DNA from: Prochlorococcus sp. AG-402-K10
GTDB lineage: Bacteria; Cyanobacteriota; Cyanobacteriia; PCC-6307; Cyanobiaceae
Direction: 5' to 3'
Assembly: GCA_003216835.1 (NCBI GenBank)
Contig: QCIF01000007.1
Span: 5,385 to 69,384, forward strand
Length of the DNA stretch: 64,000 bases
The position numbers were made by a program, and so were the translations under genes. Below, piece after piece: positions 39,249 through 52,004 of the stretch (position 1 is its first letter; each line of letters opens with the position of its first letter). Under the pieces are notes generated by a model. That model searched no databases. It worked only from the letters and a program-made list of their open reading frames with translations, and was not told where the DNA came from.

Positions 39249-40493
39249 ATGCCAAATTTCCATCGAGTAGTTATTACTGGTATCGGAGCTATAACTCCTA
39301 TAGGTAACAACATTGATGAATATTTACTCGGCCTTCAACAAGGGACTAATGGAGTCTCAGGTATTACTCTGTTTGATCCTGAACAACATCCTTGCAAATT
39401 TGCAGCAGAAGTAAAAAATCTTCAATCTGAAAATTTTATTGACGCAAAAGAGTCAAAAAGGTGGGATCGTTTTTCACAGTTTGGAGTCATAGCAGCTAAA
39501 GAAGCTTTTAATGATTCTGGCCTTGAGATAAATGAAACTAATGCAGCAAGAATTGGAGTGATTATTGGCTCTGGAGTAGGGGGCTTACTCACAATGGAGA
39601 GACAGGCTCAAATACTCAGTCATAAAGGGCCAAAAAGAGTAAGCCCATTTACAGTCCCAATGATGATTCCAAATATGGCAACTGGACTTGCTGCTATTGC
39701 TTTGGGTGCAAAAGGGCCAAGCTCAGCAGTATCGACTGCTTGTGCAGCCGGCTCAAATGCTATTGGAGATTCTTTTAGATTGCTCCAACTTGGAAAAGCA
39801 GATGCAATGATCTGTGGAGGAGCAGAAGCAAGTATTACTCCTCTTGGAGTAGCTGGTTTTGCAAGCGCCAAAGCTCTTTCTTTTAGAAATGACAGCCCCC
39901 AAACTGCCAGTAGACCATTTGATGCGGAGAGAGATGGTTTTGTAATTGGAGAAGGTTCCGGAATTCTCGTCTTGGAAACTCTTGAACATGCAAAAAAAAG
40001 GAATGCAAGAATCTATGCTGAAATCATTGGCTATGGAACTACTTGCGATGCTCATCACATTACCGCTCCTTCTCCAGGGGGAGTTGGAGGCGCAGCAGCT
40101 ATCAAGCTTGCAATTGAAGACAGTTCCATAAGTCTTGAACAAGTTGATTACATAAATGCTCATGGAACTAGTACATCAGCGAATGACAAAAATGAAACTT
40201 CTGCAATTAAATCTATTTTTAAAGACAGATCTTACCTCATTCCTGTAAGCTCTACTAAGTCGATGACTGGTCATCTCTTAGGAGGTTCAGGAGGTATAGA
40301 AGCTGTCGCTTGTATACTTTCTTTGACACATAATTTTATCCCTCCTACAATAAACTACGTCAATCCAGATCCAGAGTGCGATCTTGATTATGTACCTAAT
40401 ATTGCGAGAGATGCTCAAATAAGAGTTGCTCTTTCTAATTCTTTCGGCTTTGGTGGTCACAACGTTTGCTTAGCTTTCAGCAAAATAAATTGA
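39249..40493 (+). CDS. fabF: beta-ketoacyl-ACP synthase II
   Basis: TACAAG, NAHGTST, KSMTGHLLG, SNSFGFGGHN. Confidence 0.97.
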   Translation: MPNFHRVVITGIGAITPIGNNIDEYLLGLQQGTNGVSGITLFDPEQHPCKFAAEVKNLQSENFIDAKESKRWDRFSQFGVIAAKEAFNDSGLEINETNAARIGVIIGSGVGGLLTMERQAQILSHKGPKRVSPFTVPMMIPNMATGLAAIALGAKGPSSAVSTACAAGSNAIGDSFRLLQLGKADAMICGGAEASITPLGVAGFASAKALSFRNDSPQTASRPFDAERDGFVIGEGSGILVLETLEHAKKRNARIYAEIIGYGTTCDAHHITAPSPGGVGGAAAIKLAIEDSSISLEQVDYINAHGTSTSANDKNETSAIKSIFKDRSYLIPVSSTKSMTGHLLGGSGGIEAVACILSLTHNFIPPTINYVNPDPECDLDYVPNIARDAQIRVALSNSFGFGGHNVCLAFSKIN

Positions 40494-40537
40494 TGACAAC
40501 CAATTCTGTAATTTCCAACTTATCTTAATTTAAAACA

Positions 40538-42544
40538 ATGGTCGCTGCATCTGTTTCATTAGAATCACTGTGTGTAAATAGTATAAGAATGCTCGCTGTA
40601 GATGCAGTAAATAAATCTAATAGTGGACATCCAGGCTTGCCCATGGGGTGTGCTCCTATGGGATACGCATTATGGCAAAACGTTCTTAATCACAACCCTA
40701 ATAATCCAAAATGGTTTAATAGAGATCGTTTTGTATTATCAGCTGGCCATGGATGCATGTTGTTATACTCTCTATTACACCTAACAGGCTATAAATCGGT
40801 TTCCATTGAAGATATAAAAGAATTTAGACAATGGGGATCTAAAACTCCTGGTCACCCTGAAACATTTGAGACTGAAGGAGTTGAAGTAACTGCTGGCCCT
40901 CTAGGAGCAGGAATATCCAATGCCGTTGGATTAGCAATTGCCGAAACTCACTTAGCAGCTAAATTCAATAAGCCTGATTGTGAAATTGTTGATCATTATA
41001 CATACGTCATAATGGGAGATGGATGCAACCAAGAAGGTATTGCGTCTGAAGCTTGCTCACTTGCTGGTCATCTTAAACTTGGCAAATTAATTGCACTTTA
41101 TGATGACAACCAAATAACAATTGATGGTCGCACAGATGTTTCTTTTACAGAAGACGTTTTAAAAAGATACGAAGCTTACGGCTGGCATGTACAACACGTT
41201 GAAGATGGGAATCATGATGTCAACGGAATTACCCAAGCAATTAAGAATGCAAAGTTAGTAACAGACAAGCCTTCAATTATTAAAATTTCTACAACTATTG
41301 GTTACGGTTCTCCAAATAAGTCAGATACAGCTGGTATCCATGGGGCTGCAGTAGGAGAAGAAGAAGCTTCCTTAACCAGAGAATTCTTGAATTGGGAATA
41401 TCCTCCATTCGAGATACCAAATGAAGTGTATTCGCAATTTAGACAAGCACTAACTAAGGGTGAAGAGTTAGAAAAAAAATGGGATTTAAAATTTGAAGAA
41501 TATCAAAAGAAATATCCCTCTGAAGGTGCAGAATTAAAAAGAATGTTAAACGGTGAATTGCCAGAAAACTGGAATTCAAATCTTCCTTCTTATACTCCTG
41601 ATGATAATGGTCTTGCCACTAGAAAACATTCTCAAATATGCTTAGGAGCACTTGGACCTAATCTTCCTGAATTAATTGGGGGATCTGCTGATTTAACGCA
41701 CTCCAACTACACAGATATCAAAGGAGAAACTGGATCATTTCAAGCTCATTCTCCAGAGAAAAGATACTTACATTTTGGTGTAAGAGAACATGCTATGGCT
41801 GCCATACTAAATGGTATTGCATACCACGATAGTGGTCTTATTCCTTATGGCGGAACCTTCCTTGTTTTTGCTGATTACATGAGAGGTTCAATGAGGCTAT
41901 CTGCACTCAGCGAACTAGGTGTTATCTATGTTTTAACCCATGATTCAATTGGTGTTGGTGAAGATGGTCCTACACATCAACCAGTTGAGACTATTCCTTC
42001 GCTTAGAGCAATGCCTAATATGCTCGTTTTCAGGCCTGGAGACGGGAATGAAACAAGTGGTGCATATAAACTTGCTATTGAGAACAGAAAAAGACCTTCT
42101 GCACTTTGTTTAAGTAGACAGGGTATGCCAAATCAAAAGAACACCTCCATTGAAAAGGTTGCATTGGGAGGATATATAGTATCTGATTGCGAAGGAACTC
42201 CAGATTTAATATTTATTGGAACGGGTAGTGAGTTAAACCTTTGCATTGAAGCAAGTAAAGAAATTTCAAAATTAGGCAAAAAAACTAGAGTAGTTTCTAT
42301 GCCCTGTGTAGAACTATTTGAAGAACAAACAGAATCTTACAAAGAAAGTGTATTACCTAGTAGCGTCAGCAAAAGAGTCGTAGTAGAAGCTGCACATTCA
42401 TTTGGATGGCATAAATATACTGGGTTTGAAGGTATTTGCATTACTATGGACAGATTTGGTGCTTCTGCTCCGGGTGGGAAATGTATGACTAATTTCGGAT
42501 TTACAGTTGAAAATGTTGTTAACAAAACAAAAGAAATTTTATAA
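40538..42544 (+). CDS. tktA: transketolase
   Basis: SGHPG, LSAGHG, GDGC...N ThDP motif, [16 protein letters not shown]. Confidence 0.98.
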   Translation: MVAASVSLESLCVNSIRMLAVDAVNKSNSGHPGLPMGCAPMGYALWQNVLNHNPNNPKWFNRDRFVLSAGHGCMLLYSLLHLTGYKSVSIEDIKEFRQWGSKTPGHPETFETEGVEVTAGPLGAGISNAVGLAIAETHLAAKFNKPDCEIVDHYTYVIMGDGCNQEGIASEACSLAGHLKLGKLIALYDDNQITIDGRTDVSFTEDVLKRYEAYGWHVQHVEDGNHDVNGITQAIKNAKLVTDKPSIIKISTTIGYGSPNKSDTAGIHGAAVGEEEASLTREFLNWEYPPFEIPNEVYSQFRQALTKGEELEKKWDLKFEEYQKKYPSEGAELKRMLNGELPENWNSNLPSYTPDDNGLATRKHSQICLGALGPNLPELIGGSADLTHSNYTDIKGETGSFQAHSPEKRYLHFGVREHAMAAILNGIAYHDSGLIPYGGTFLVFADYMRGSMRLSALSELGVIYVLTHDSIGVGEDGPTHQPVETIPSLRAMPNMLVFRPGDGNETSGAYKLAIENRKRPSALCLSRQGMPNQKNTSIEKVALGGYIVSDCEGTPDLIFIGTGSELNLCIEASKEISKLGKKTRVVSMPCVELFEEQTESYKESVLPSSVSKRVVVEAAHSFGWHKYTGFEGICITMDRFGASAPGGKCMTNFGFTVENVVNKTKEIL

Positions 42545-42558
42545 TTATTAAACTAAAA

Positions 42559-43932
<1,374 letters not shown>

Positions 43933-43975
43933 TTATAAATTTTAAAAAGTTTTATTACTAAAGTTCGATCAGAAT

Positions 43976-44057
43976 TCCACTTTCCTGCATCAGTATTAAT
44001 GATTCAGGTTCAAAGGGTATGATCTCAGCTAAGTTAAATTTCTTAGCACCCCTAGCA
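43976..44057 (-). promoter_or_regulatory. TPP riboswitch aptamer
   Basis: Minus strand GCTAGGGGTGC...GCTGAGATCATACCCTTTGAACCTGA...TAAT...GCAGGAAAGT, directly upstream of thiC. Confidence 0.95.
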
Positions 44058-44125
44058 TTAATTTATTAATAGCTCTTTTTTAAAAAATAGTCATTAAATA
44101 TTACTTAAAAATAAATAAAGTGTTT

Positions 44126-44341
44126 TTATTTATTTTTCTGATAAGACTTTATCTTTTTAAAAATATTTCGTCTATTTAATTTTCTACTTACATCTTTTTC
44201 TAAAATTAGCAAAATACCCATAAATCCAATAGGTAAATAAAAACTCTTTTTACTGTCTTTTCTAAAAATCAAACCTATGGTTGATATGAGAATCATTATT
44301 GGAGCAACAAAAGACAAAATAAAAACTTTATCAATTTTCAT
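44126..44341 (-). CDS. small membrane protein (DUF3188-like)
   Basis: Two hydrophobic segments plus a basic tail ending RR; overlaps the amidohydrolase stop. Confidence 0.65.
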   Translation of the reverse strand: MKIDKVFILSFVAPIMILISTIGLIFRKDSKKSFYLPIGFMGILLILEKDVSRKLNRRNIFKKIKSYQKNK

Positions 44342-45524
44342 TTATTAAAGTATTTCCCTTACTTAACTTATTTAAGTTTACTATGGTCTCTGTTATCACT
44401 TTAATTCCAACATCAATAGCTCCTTCATCAGGATTAAATTTTGAACTGTGCAAAGGAGCGCAGTCTTTATTAGGAGATACACCTAGCCTAAACATAGCTC
44501 CCGGAACCTCATTCAAAAACTCAGCAAAGTCTTCCGCTCCTAATGAAGGTTTTTGTAATTCAACTACATTTTGTTGGCCTAGAATTTGAATTGCTGAATC
44601 TCTGATAACTCTATTTATTTCACAATTATTATTGACTGGAGGGGTAATTTCTCTAAATTCTATTTTAGCTTCCGCTCCAAAACTATTAGCAATAGAAGAA
44701 ATATTTTTGTTAAGCCAGCTACCAATCCCCTTAAATAATTTAGGGTTTGTACATCTTACTGTTCCAACTAAATTCACTTTTTCAGCAAGGATATTATATG
44801 CATTTCCTCCATTAATTTTACCAAAAGTTATTACGACAGGATCTAAAGGATTTAATTTTCTTGTTATTAATTCTTGAATACCAGAGATGATTTTAGAAGC
44901 TACCCAAATAGCATCTACTCCTTCAAAAGGTCTTGCTCCATGACCTGATTTACCTAGAATCTCTACTTTAAGTTCCCCTGCAGCAGCCGTTAAGCTGCCC
45001 TCTTTTATACCAATAGTTCCTACAGATAATTCGGGGAAAACATGGACACCCAAAACTTGATTTAAACCATTAGCTGCTCCATCAGCAATCATCCATCTAG
45101 CTCCACTTGCAATTTCTTCCGCAGGTTGAAAGATTATTCTAGTACCAAAATTCAAATTTAAATCCTTAATAATGTTTGCTACACCCAACCCAATCGAGAT
45201 ATGTATATCATGACCGCAAGCATGCATAACACCATCTACTTTTGACGAAAAACTTAAATTAGTCTTTTCAAATATTGGCAGACCATCCATATCCACTCTT
45301 AAGCCTATAAAGCCTTTATCTTTGGGGCCAAACTCAGCAACAACACCAGTCCTCCCAACTGATTCTGTAACTCTCCAACCAATATTCTTTAAATAACCAC
45401 TTATCAAAATCGCTGTTTGATTTTCTAATCCACTTAATTCAGGATGTGCATGTATATGTCTTCTTATATTAATTAATTCATCTTTCAATGAATCTATTTT
45501 TTTTAAGAATTTATCTCTATCCAT
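44331..45524 (-). CDS. M20 family amidohydrolase (N-acyl-L-amino acid amidohydrolase-like)
   Basis: RRHIHAHPELS, MHACGHD, FQPAEE, GAEDF, LHSSKF. Confidence 0.92.
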   Translation of the reverse strand: MDRDKFLKKIDSLKDELINIRRHIHAHPELSGLENQTAILISGYLKNIGWRVTESVGRTGVVAEFGPKDKGFIGLRVDMDGLPIFEKTNLSFSSKVDGVMHACGHDIHISIGLGVANIIKDLNLNFGTRIIFQPAEEIASGARWMIADGAANGLNQVLGVHVFPELSVGTIGIKEGSLTAAAGELKVEILGKSGHGARPFEGVDAIWVASKIISGIQELITRKLNPLDPVVITFGKINGGNAYNILAEKVNLVGTVRCTNPKLFKGIGSWLNKNISSIANSFGAEAKIEFREITPPVNNNCEINRVIRDSAIQILGQQNVVELQKPSLGAEDFAEFLNEVPGAMFRLGVSPNKDCAPLHSSKFNPDEGAIDVGIKVITETIVNLNKLSKGNTLINEN

Positions 45525-45527
45525 TTA

Positions 45528-46319
45528 TTATTTAAGAGCAATGAATTTCATTAAATCTTTGGTTGGTTCTGGCGGCCATCTTCTTACTCTTATTAACCAT
45601 TCCTCGTCAGAATATCTAGGGTCTAATTCGGTTACAGCTATCCAATTACTCTCTGCTTGGCCTGACATACCTCTAGACCAATTCAAAGCTGTTAAAGCTG
45701 CTCTAGCATCAGCGAAAGCTGGATAACGCCTAATCAATTTTTTTAATTCTTTTTCAGACTCATCAAAATTGCCCAACTGGTAATCTGCCAAAGCCATACT
45801 TGATCTTGCCATCGCAAATTCAGTATTGTATGAGGCCGCCTGTGAAAATAAATCTCTTGCATTTTCCCAATTGGAAAGAGATCCTTCAACATTAGCCAAA
45901 TTATACAAAGCAGAAAAGTTGTCACTATCTTTAGAGATTACAAACTTGTAATCTTTTTTTGCCAGTAACCAGAGACCTAAAGCTTCCTCGGCTATGCCCC
46001 TATTGATATAGGAATCAACTTCATTAGGATTTAAATTAATAGCTTTTTCTTGATCATTGATTGATCCTTCTGTGTCGCCAATTACAAGTTTTACATTTCC
46101 TCTATTACTTAAAGCCGCAGCATCATCAGGATACAATTCCAGATAACTGTTCCATTGTTTTAAAGCAATATTAAAGTCTCCCTTTGAACTTAAATCTAAT
46201 GCATTGTTAAATAAATCTTCCCTAGAATTTATTGATGAGTAACTGGGCGCAACAAAAAAGAAATTTAATATAACAACAATCAATAAAAAACAAAGATTTA
46301 TTTTTTTAAAATTTATCAT
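45528..46319 (-). CDS. tetratricopeptide repeat protein with N-terminal signal/TM segment
   Basis: Repeated NRG...A...D...A...P TPR patterns. Confidence 0.85.
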   Translation of the reverse strand: MINFKKINLCFLLIVVILNFFFVAPSYSSINSREDLFNNALDLSSKGDFNIALKQWNSYLELYPDDAAALSNRGNVKLVIGDTEGSINDQEKAINLNPNEVDSYINRGIAEEALGLWLLAKKDYKFVISKDSDNFSALYNLANVEGSLSNWENARDLFSQAASYNTEFAMARSSMALADYQLGNFDESEKELKKLIRRYPAFADARAALTALNWSRGMSGQAESNWIAVTELDPRYSDEEWLIRVRRWPPEPTKDLMKFIALK

Positions 46320-47364
46320 TTTTTGAATTAATGTACTTTTTTCCTATAGAAGTAAGTAATCTTCCTCGAGGTGTTCTATTTAGAAAACCAATTTGCATTA
46401 AATATGGCTCAACTAAAAATTCTAACATTGAAGAATCTTCCCCTAAACCCGCGGCAATTGCATCTAGTCCAATTGGACTATTGTTATTAAGGTTTAAAAA
46501 AGATAAGTATTTTCTATCTAAATAATCTAATCCTTTCTCATCAATTTGTTGAGAATTTAAAGCCTTTTTTACTAAATCTAAAGTAATAACATTAGTCTTT
46601 TCAATCACTTGAGCATAATCTCTAATTCGTTTTAATAATCTCAAAGCAATTCGTGGAGTACCTCTAGATATTTTAGATAAAGCGCAAGACGCTTTATCCT
46701 CTAATTTAATATTTATCAAATATGAAAAATTTAAAATTATTTGGTGCAATTCGTCATTTGAATAAAATTCAATTTTCTGAGATATACCAAATCTATCTCT
46801 TAAAGGTGCACTAATTGATGCTAATTTTGTAGTAGCACCAATCAAAGTAAATCTGGGAAGATTAATTGTTCTACAACGAGCTCCTCTATTAGCCCCCATA
46901 GTTAAATCCAGCCTAAAATCCTCCATCGCAGAATATAAAAGCTCTTCAGTTAATCTATTTAAACGATGAATCTCATCTACAAACAAAACTTCACCTTCTT
47001 TCAGCCCAAGCAATAAACCAACAATATCCCTAGGTCTTTCAATGGCAGGAGCAGTAGCTACTCTAAAGTTTGTATTCATTTCTTTTGCTATTAAAAAAGC
47101 TAAGGTTGTTTTACCCAAACCTGGCTGTCCATATAAGAGTGTATGTTCCAACGGCTCTTTTCTGTAAAGTGAAGCATCTATAGCTATTCTTAATGAAGCC
47201 TTAATTTGCTCTTGGCCAATAAATTCTTTGAATGTTTTTGGCCGAGCGAAATTTAGATTTTTATTATTTTTTTCTTCAGAAATTGTTTTCGAATCAACTA
47301 TCCTAAGTTCTTGTTTACGAGGAGAAAAATTCGTATCCCCAATATTAGAAGAAATTATTGCCAT
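46306..47364 (-). CDS. ruvB: Holliday junction branch migration helicase RuvB
   Basis: [40 protein letters not shown]. Confidence 0.97.
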   Translation of the reverse strand: MAIISSNIGDTNFSPRKQELRIVDSKTISEEKNNKNLNFARPKTFKEFIGQEQIKASLRIAIDASLYRKEPLEHTLLYGQPGLGKTTLAFLIAKEMNTNFRVATAPAIERPRDIVGLLLGLKEGEVLFVDEIHRLNRLTEELLYSAMEDFRLDLTMGANRGARCRTINLPRFTLIGATTKLASISAPLRDRFGISQKIEFYSNDELHQIILNFSYLINIKLEDKASCALSKISRGTPRIALRLLKRIRDYAQVIEKTNVITLDLVKKALNSQQIDEKGLDYLDRKYLSFLNLNNNSPIGLDAIAAGLGEDSSMLEFLVEPYLMQIGFLNRTPRGRLLTSIGKKYINSKNDKF

Positions 47365-47416
47365 AATAAAAGATTAATAGGGATTGTTCTAAGGAGAAAG
47401 ATTTTTTACAAAGAAA

Positions 47417-47911
47417 ATGCAAAAAAATTCATCCAAAGTTAATAAAAATCCTAAAAAAGTGCCTCTTTTCAAACGTCTAGCTGAAAATAGATATGCAAAA
47501 TTTCAGTATGAAATACATGAAACAATCGAAGCAGGAATTGAACTCTTAGGTACTGAAGTAAAGTCAATCAGAAACGGCAATGCAAACCTTAGAGATGGGT
47601 ACTGTTCATTTAGGAATGGAGAAATTTTACTTTTAAATGTTCACATTTCACCACATAAAAATGTGGGATCTTTTTTTAATCATGATCCTTTAAGGAATCG
47701 AAAATTATTATTACACAAGAAAGAAATACTCAAACTAAAATCCAATACTGAAAAAAAAGGAATGACTATCATTCCATTATCAATTTATTTAAAAGGCTCA
47801 TGGATAAAATTAAAACTTGGAATTGGAAAAGGTAAGAAATTACATGATAAAAGACAATCTGATAAACAAAAAAGCATAAAAAAAGAAATAAACTCTGCTC
47901 TTAAAAGATAA
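47417..47911 (+). CDS. smpB: SsrA-binding protein SmpB
   Basis: [39 protein letters not shown]. Confidence 0.97.
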   Translation: MQKNSSKVNKNPKKVPLFKRLAENRYAKFQYEIHETIEAGIELLGTEVKSIRNGNANLRDGYCSFRNGEILLLNVHISPHKNVGSFFNHDPLRNRKLLLHKKEILKLKSNTEKKGMTIIPLSIYLKGSWIKLKLGIGKGKKLHDKRQSDKQKSIKKEINSALKR

Positions 47912-47931
47912 TTCTTATTTTCTTGACAATT

Positions 47932-48183
47932 TTACTCAATATCCAAACTAACTGTACTTGGAGGAGGGGAAGGATCTGGATCAGCAATTAACATATGCTG
48001 AAGAACAGTTTCAGGTCTCTCGCTATCTCTCCAGCGAATTTTGTATGCAGGCATCTTCGTACCTCTGCTTGTAGTTTGCTCCACTGGTTCCATAACCCAC
48101 CCTCTTCTTGATCGGCCTTGAGGATTTCTTTTGACTACTGCATCCGCGTGCTTAAAACGGAAACCAACACGTTCACCACTCAT
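47932..48183 (-). CDS. conserved hypothetical protein (83 aa)
   Basis: MSGERVGFRFKHADAVVKR...GWVMEP...PAYKIRW; downstream of lysS on the same strand. Confidence 0.8.
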   Translation of the reverse strand: MSGERVGFRFKHADAVVKRNPQGRSRRGWVMEPVEQTTSRGTKMPAYKIRWRDSERPETVLQHMLIADPDPSPPPSTVSLDIE

Positions 48184-48238
48184 TTAAAAAATTCGTATTG
48201 GATTAATTTTTATATTTTACTTCATTCAAGGTTATTTT

Positions 48239-49750
48239 TTAAGAGTTATTAGAAGTTATTTCTGGTTTTAGTAATGGAAAAGGAATTACATCTCTAATAG
48301 ATGGACTATTGGTAATTAGCATTATCAGTCTATCTATACCAATTCCTAATCCACCGGTCGGAGGCATACCTATCTCTAAAGCATTCAAAAAATCTTCATC
48401 TATACAATGAGCCTCAAGATCACCTCCATCTCTAAGCGATTGCTGTAATTGCATTCTTTCTCTTTGATCTACAGGATCAATTAACTCACTAAAAGCATTT
48501 GCTAGTTCGCGACCAACAATAAATAACTCAAATCTCTGAACCATGTCTTTATTATCACAATGAGGTCTAGCTAAAGGAGAAATTTCAATTGGATAATCAA
48601 CAATAAAAGTTGGCTCAATCAGCAGTGACTCAACTTTTTGCTCAAAGACTTCATTTAAAAGTCGCCCAAAACTATTTATTTTAGAAGACAGTGTTACATT
48701 AATATTTTTAACAGCTTCTGTTGCTCCCTTTAAATCACCATTAAAAGAATCAAAATCAATGCCTGTATATTCTTTAACTATCTTTTTCATAGATATTCTT
48801 CTCCAAGGTTGAGAAAAATCAATTTCCTGATTTTGATAATTTATAACTAACGAACCACATGCATAATTGACAATATCTTTAATCAATTCTTCAGTGAGAT
48901 CCATCATATCAATGTAATTAGAGAAAGCTTGATAAATTTCTACTGAAGTAAATTCAGGATTATGCTTTGTACTAATACCTTCGTTACGAAAAATTCTGCC
49001 TAATTCATATACTTTCTCGAAACCTCCAACAACCATTCTTTTTAAATGTAATTCGGTAGCTATTCTTAGATAAAGTGGGATATCTAAAGTATTGTGATAA
49101 GTAACGAATGGCCTTGCTTCCGCTCCCCCAGCTTCTGATTGAAGTATTGGAGTCTCTATCTCTAAAAAACTTCTTTCATCTAACCATCTTCTTATAAAAC
49201 TTATACATTTTGCTCTTGTTTTGAATACATTTTTAGATTGAGGATTGACTATTAAATCTAGATAGCGTTGACGATACCGCTTTTCAATATCTGTCAATCC
49301 ATGCCATTTATCTGGTAAAGGTTGTAGTGATTTTGATAACATCTCCCATTTTTCTACTTTGATTGATAGCTCCCCTTTATTAGTTTTTTTTATAGTTCCA
49401 CAAACTCCTATCCAATCACCTATATCTACAATTTCCTTTAGATCTTCAAAAGTAAGCACTTTTTGTTTCTCACTATTAGAATTAATATTTTTTTGATCTA
49501 AATAAAGCTGAATCTGTCCTTCTTGGTCATTAATCGTAAAAAAAGCAATTTTTCCCATCACTCTTTTTGCTAGCACTCTACCAGCTATAGAAACAGAAAA
49601 ATTATTTTCCTGACCATTATCTAGATGGCTAAATTTTTCAATAAGAAATTGTGAGTAATGAGATATTTTAAAACTTTCTGCATAAGGATCAAATCCTTTT
49701 TTTACGAGTGAATTAGCTTTTAATAGGCGGGCTTCTCTGATTTCAGACAA
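48239..49750 (-). CDS. lysS: lysine--tRNA ligase (class II)
   Basis: [39 protein letters not shown]; TTG start. Confidence 0.98.
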   Translation of the reverse strand: MSEIREARLLKANSLVKKGFDPYAESFKISHYSQFLIEKFSHLDNGQENNFSVSIAGRVLAKRVMGKIAFFTINDQEGQIQLYLDQKNINSNSEKQKVLTFEDLKEIVDIGDWIGVCGTIKKTNKGELSIKVEKWEMLSKSLQPLPDKWHGLTDIEKRYRQRYLDLIVNPQSKNVFKTRAKCISFIRRWLDERSFLEIETPILQSEAGGAEARPFVTYHNTLDIPLYLRIATELHLKRMVVGGFEKVYELGRIFRNEGISTKHNPEFTSVEIYQAFSNYIDMMDLTEELIKDIVNYACGSLVINYQNQEIDFSQPWRRISMKKIVKEYTGIDFDSFNGDLKGATEAVKNINVTLSSKINSFGRLLNEVFEQKVESLLIEPTFIVDYPIEISPLARPHCDNKDMVQRFELFIVGRELANAFSELIDPVDQRERMQLQQSLRDGGDLEAHCIDEDFLNALEIGMPPTGGLGIGIDRLIMLITNSPSIRDVIPFPLLKPEITSNNS

Positions 49751-49800
49751 AATTTAATTCAAAATTTATACTTTATTTAATTAAAGTATCAGACTAAGGT

Positions 49801-50547
49801 TCAACTTGCCAAAGATGTTGCCGTTTCTCCAACTCGTTGAGAAGCATAACCAATACCTCTTACAGTTAATATTAATTCAGGATTTCTTGGATCAGGTTCT
49901 AATTTACCTCTAAGCCTTGCTACATATACATCTACAACTCTCAAGTCTGCTGCTCTCCTTGGAGGGTAACCCCATAATTGCTCTAATATTTCAGCTCTTG
50001 GAACAACTTTACCAGGCTCATCGAATAACAGTTCTAGTAAGCTAAATTCAGTATAAGTCAAGCTAATTCTTTCCCCAGCCCTAGAAACTTGCCGTCTATT
50101 TGTATCAACTACTAAACTTCCGAACTTCATCACACCTTTACCTGATGGTACTTCTTTAGTTTCAGCGACTGAAATAGTAGGGCCCATGCGTCTTAGAATG
50201 GTGGCTATTCTTGCCTCTAACTCTTTTGGACTAAAAGGTTTTGATAAATAATCGTCAGCTCCCAAATCTAATCCTGCCACTCTTTCTGAAATCGCTTCTA
50301 GAGCAGTTAAAAATATGATTGGGACAACTGATTCAGCTCTAATTCTTCTGCAGACTGCAAATCCATCCATTTTTGGAAGCATTACATCAAGCACTATCAA
50401 GTCTGGAGAATCTCTATGAAAAGCTTCAAGAGCCTCTTCACCATTAGTAGCTGAAAAAACTTGATATCCTGCCAGTTGAAGTCTTGTAACTAATACTTTC
50501 AATACTGCTGGCTCATCATCAACAACTAAAATGCTTGCTTTTGACAT
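49801..50547 (-). CDS. srrA: OmpR-family response regulator, RpaB paralogue (SrrA-like)
   Basis: ILVVDDE, LDVMLP, DDYLSKPF, VVDVYVARLRGKLEPDP, ILTVRGIGY; ATG 50547 preferred. The srrA symbol rests on recalled similarity and on synteny with mreBCD/lysS. Confidence 0.8.
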   Translation of the reverse strand: MSKASILVVDDEPAVLKVLVTRLQLAGYQVFSATNGEEALEAFHRDSPDLIVLDVMLPKMDGFAVCRRIRAESVVPIIFLTALEAISERVAGLDLGADDYLSKPFSPKELEARIATILRRMGPTISVAETKEVPSGKGVMKFGSLVVDTNRRQVSRAGERISLTYTEFSLLELLFDEPGKVVPRAEILEQLWGYPPRRAADLRVVDVYVARLRGKLEPDPRNPELILTVRGIGYASQRVGETATSLAS

Positions 50548-50743
50548 AGAAAAATAAAGATCTTCAAAAATTTCAAAGCAAATTAAATTGCATTGAATAT
50601 TTATTCTAACAATTAAAAATATAACATTATGCACCCTCTAAGAGATATTCCGACGATTTACAAAATTATTTTATTATTTAAACACTTACTCTTTTCTCTT
50701 AAATAAATATTTCTTTTTTTATCGAGAGTAATTTTAACATTTT

Positions 50744-51250
50744 TTATTTGGATCTCTTAAATAGTCCCAAAAGTTTTGAACACAATAAAGGAGCAAAAAG
50801 ACCTGTAAGAAATACTTGAGCCAAAACATTTTTAACACTAGGGATAAAAAAGAGAAATTGATTATCTGGGAAGTCTTGAATCAAAAACTGAAAATAATAA
50901 AATGAGCCACACAAAAAACTGCCTATCGCACAAAGTAACCCATATCTAAAATGTGCCACCAAAATATCATCAGATGTTCTAAATCTACCGAACCAAATAC
51001 CACATAAAATTAAACCGGGAATTTGAGTCAAACCACTGCCTATAGATAGGGAATCTAAAATAATCCCTAAGAACAATCCAACTATTAAACCATTAATGGA
51101 TCCATAAATCATAGACCAAGGCAATAGCCAAAATAAGGGCCAATACGGTTGAGTACCCATAATTCCAAGCCAATTAGGATGCCATAAAAAAAGAATTGGA
51201 ATAAAAATGAATGAAATTATAGATAATTTTTTTTTAAAAAATTGATCCAT
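50744..51250 (-). CDS. mreD: rod shape-determining protein MreD
   Basis: Hydrophobic protein directly after mreC; GLFLGIILD, TGLFAP. Confidence 0.8.
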   Translation of the reverse strand: MDQFFKKKLSIISFIFIPILFLWHPNWLGIMGTQPYWPLFWLLPWSMIYGSINGLIVGLFLGIILDSLSIGSGLTQIPGLILCGIWFGRFRTSDDILVAHFRYGLLCAIGSFLCGSFYYFQFLIQDFPDNQFLFFIPSVKNVLAQVFLTGLFAPLLCSKLLGLFKRSK

Positions 51251-52000
51251 TTAAATTTTCAATTTTAAAATCTGCACCCAATCTATTGCCTGAGGTTTTC
51301 CTAGAAGTAAAACATTTGCAGTTTTGTTTGAATTTGATTTTGCATCTACTGATTGAATAATACCAACAGGTATATTTGGTGGTAATACAGTACTTGCTGG
51401 TGAAGATGAAACAAAGTCGCCTACTTTTACATCAACTTCTTTTGTATAAAATATTAATTTAGGATAATCATTACCTGTACCTACCATAAGTCCGTGAGTT
51501 TGAAATCTGTCAATCCAAACTCCAACTTTGCTATCGGGAGAGGTTAAGAGTATTACAGATGAAGTCAACAAAGAAGTATTCTTTACTCTTCCTAATAAAC
51601 CTCCTGGTCCAATAACAGGGCTTCCAACTTCTACTCCATCTTTAGAACCTTTATTTAAAATAATTTGTCTCCACCAACTCCCATATTTTCTAGAAATAAC
51701 TGCAGCTGAAATAGTATCAGAATCAGATAATCTCTGGAGAGATAAAATTTCACGCAATCTCTTATTATCATTTTCAAGCTGTTTACTTTTTATTAATAAT
51801 TCTTGATCAAGGCTTGAACTAATAACATCTCTTTGAAATTGACCTGGCCAAAAAGGCTTGGAAATATAATAATAAAAATCTTTATAAAATGATCCTTTCG
51901 AAAATCTTACGAATACCAAAAATAATAAAAATATAAATAATATTCCTTTTTGCTTCTTGTGCCGCCAACGAGCATTATAAATTCGTCGGATGTTTAACAT
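51251..52000 (-). CDS. mreC: rod shape-determining protein MreC
   Basis: LENDNKRLREIL coiled coil, ILNKGSKDGV, GGLLGRV, between mreB and mreD. Confidence 0.93.
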   Translation of the reverse strand: MLNIRRIYNARWRHKKQKGILFIFLLFLVFVRFSKGSFYKDFYYYISKPFWPGQFQRDVISSSLDQELLIKSKQLENDNKRLREILSLQRLSDSDTISAAVISRKYGSWWRQIILNKGSKDGVEVGSPVIGPGGLLGRVKNTSLLTSSVILLTSPDSKVGVWIDRFQTHGLMVGTGNDYPKLIFYTKEVDVKVGDFVSSSPASTVLPPNIPVGIIQSVDAKSNSNKTANVLLLGKPQAIDWVQILKLKI

Positions 52001-52004
52001 TCAA

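Noticed and set aside
50548-50634. 29-aa N-terminal extension of the response regulator
   Set aside because: The receiver domain starts at MSKASILVVDD; the extension is AT-rich intergenic-like sequence with a GTG start
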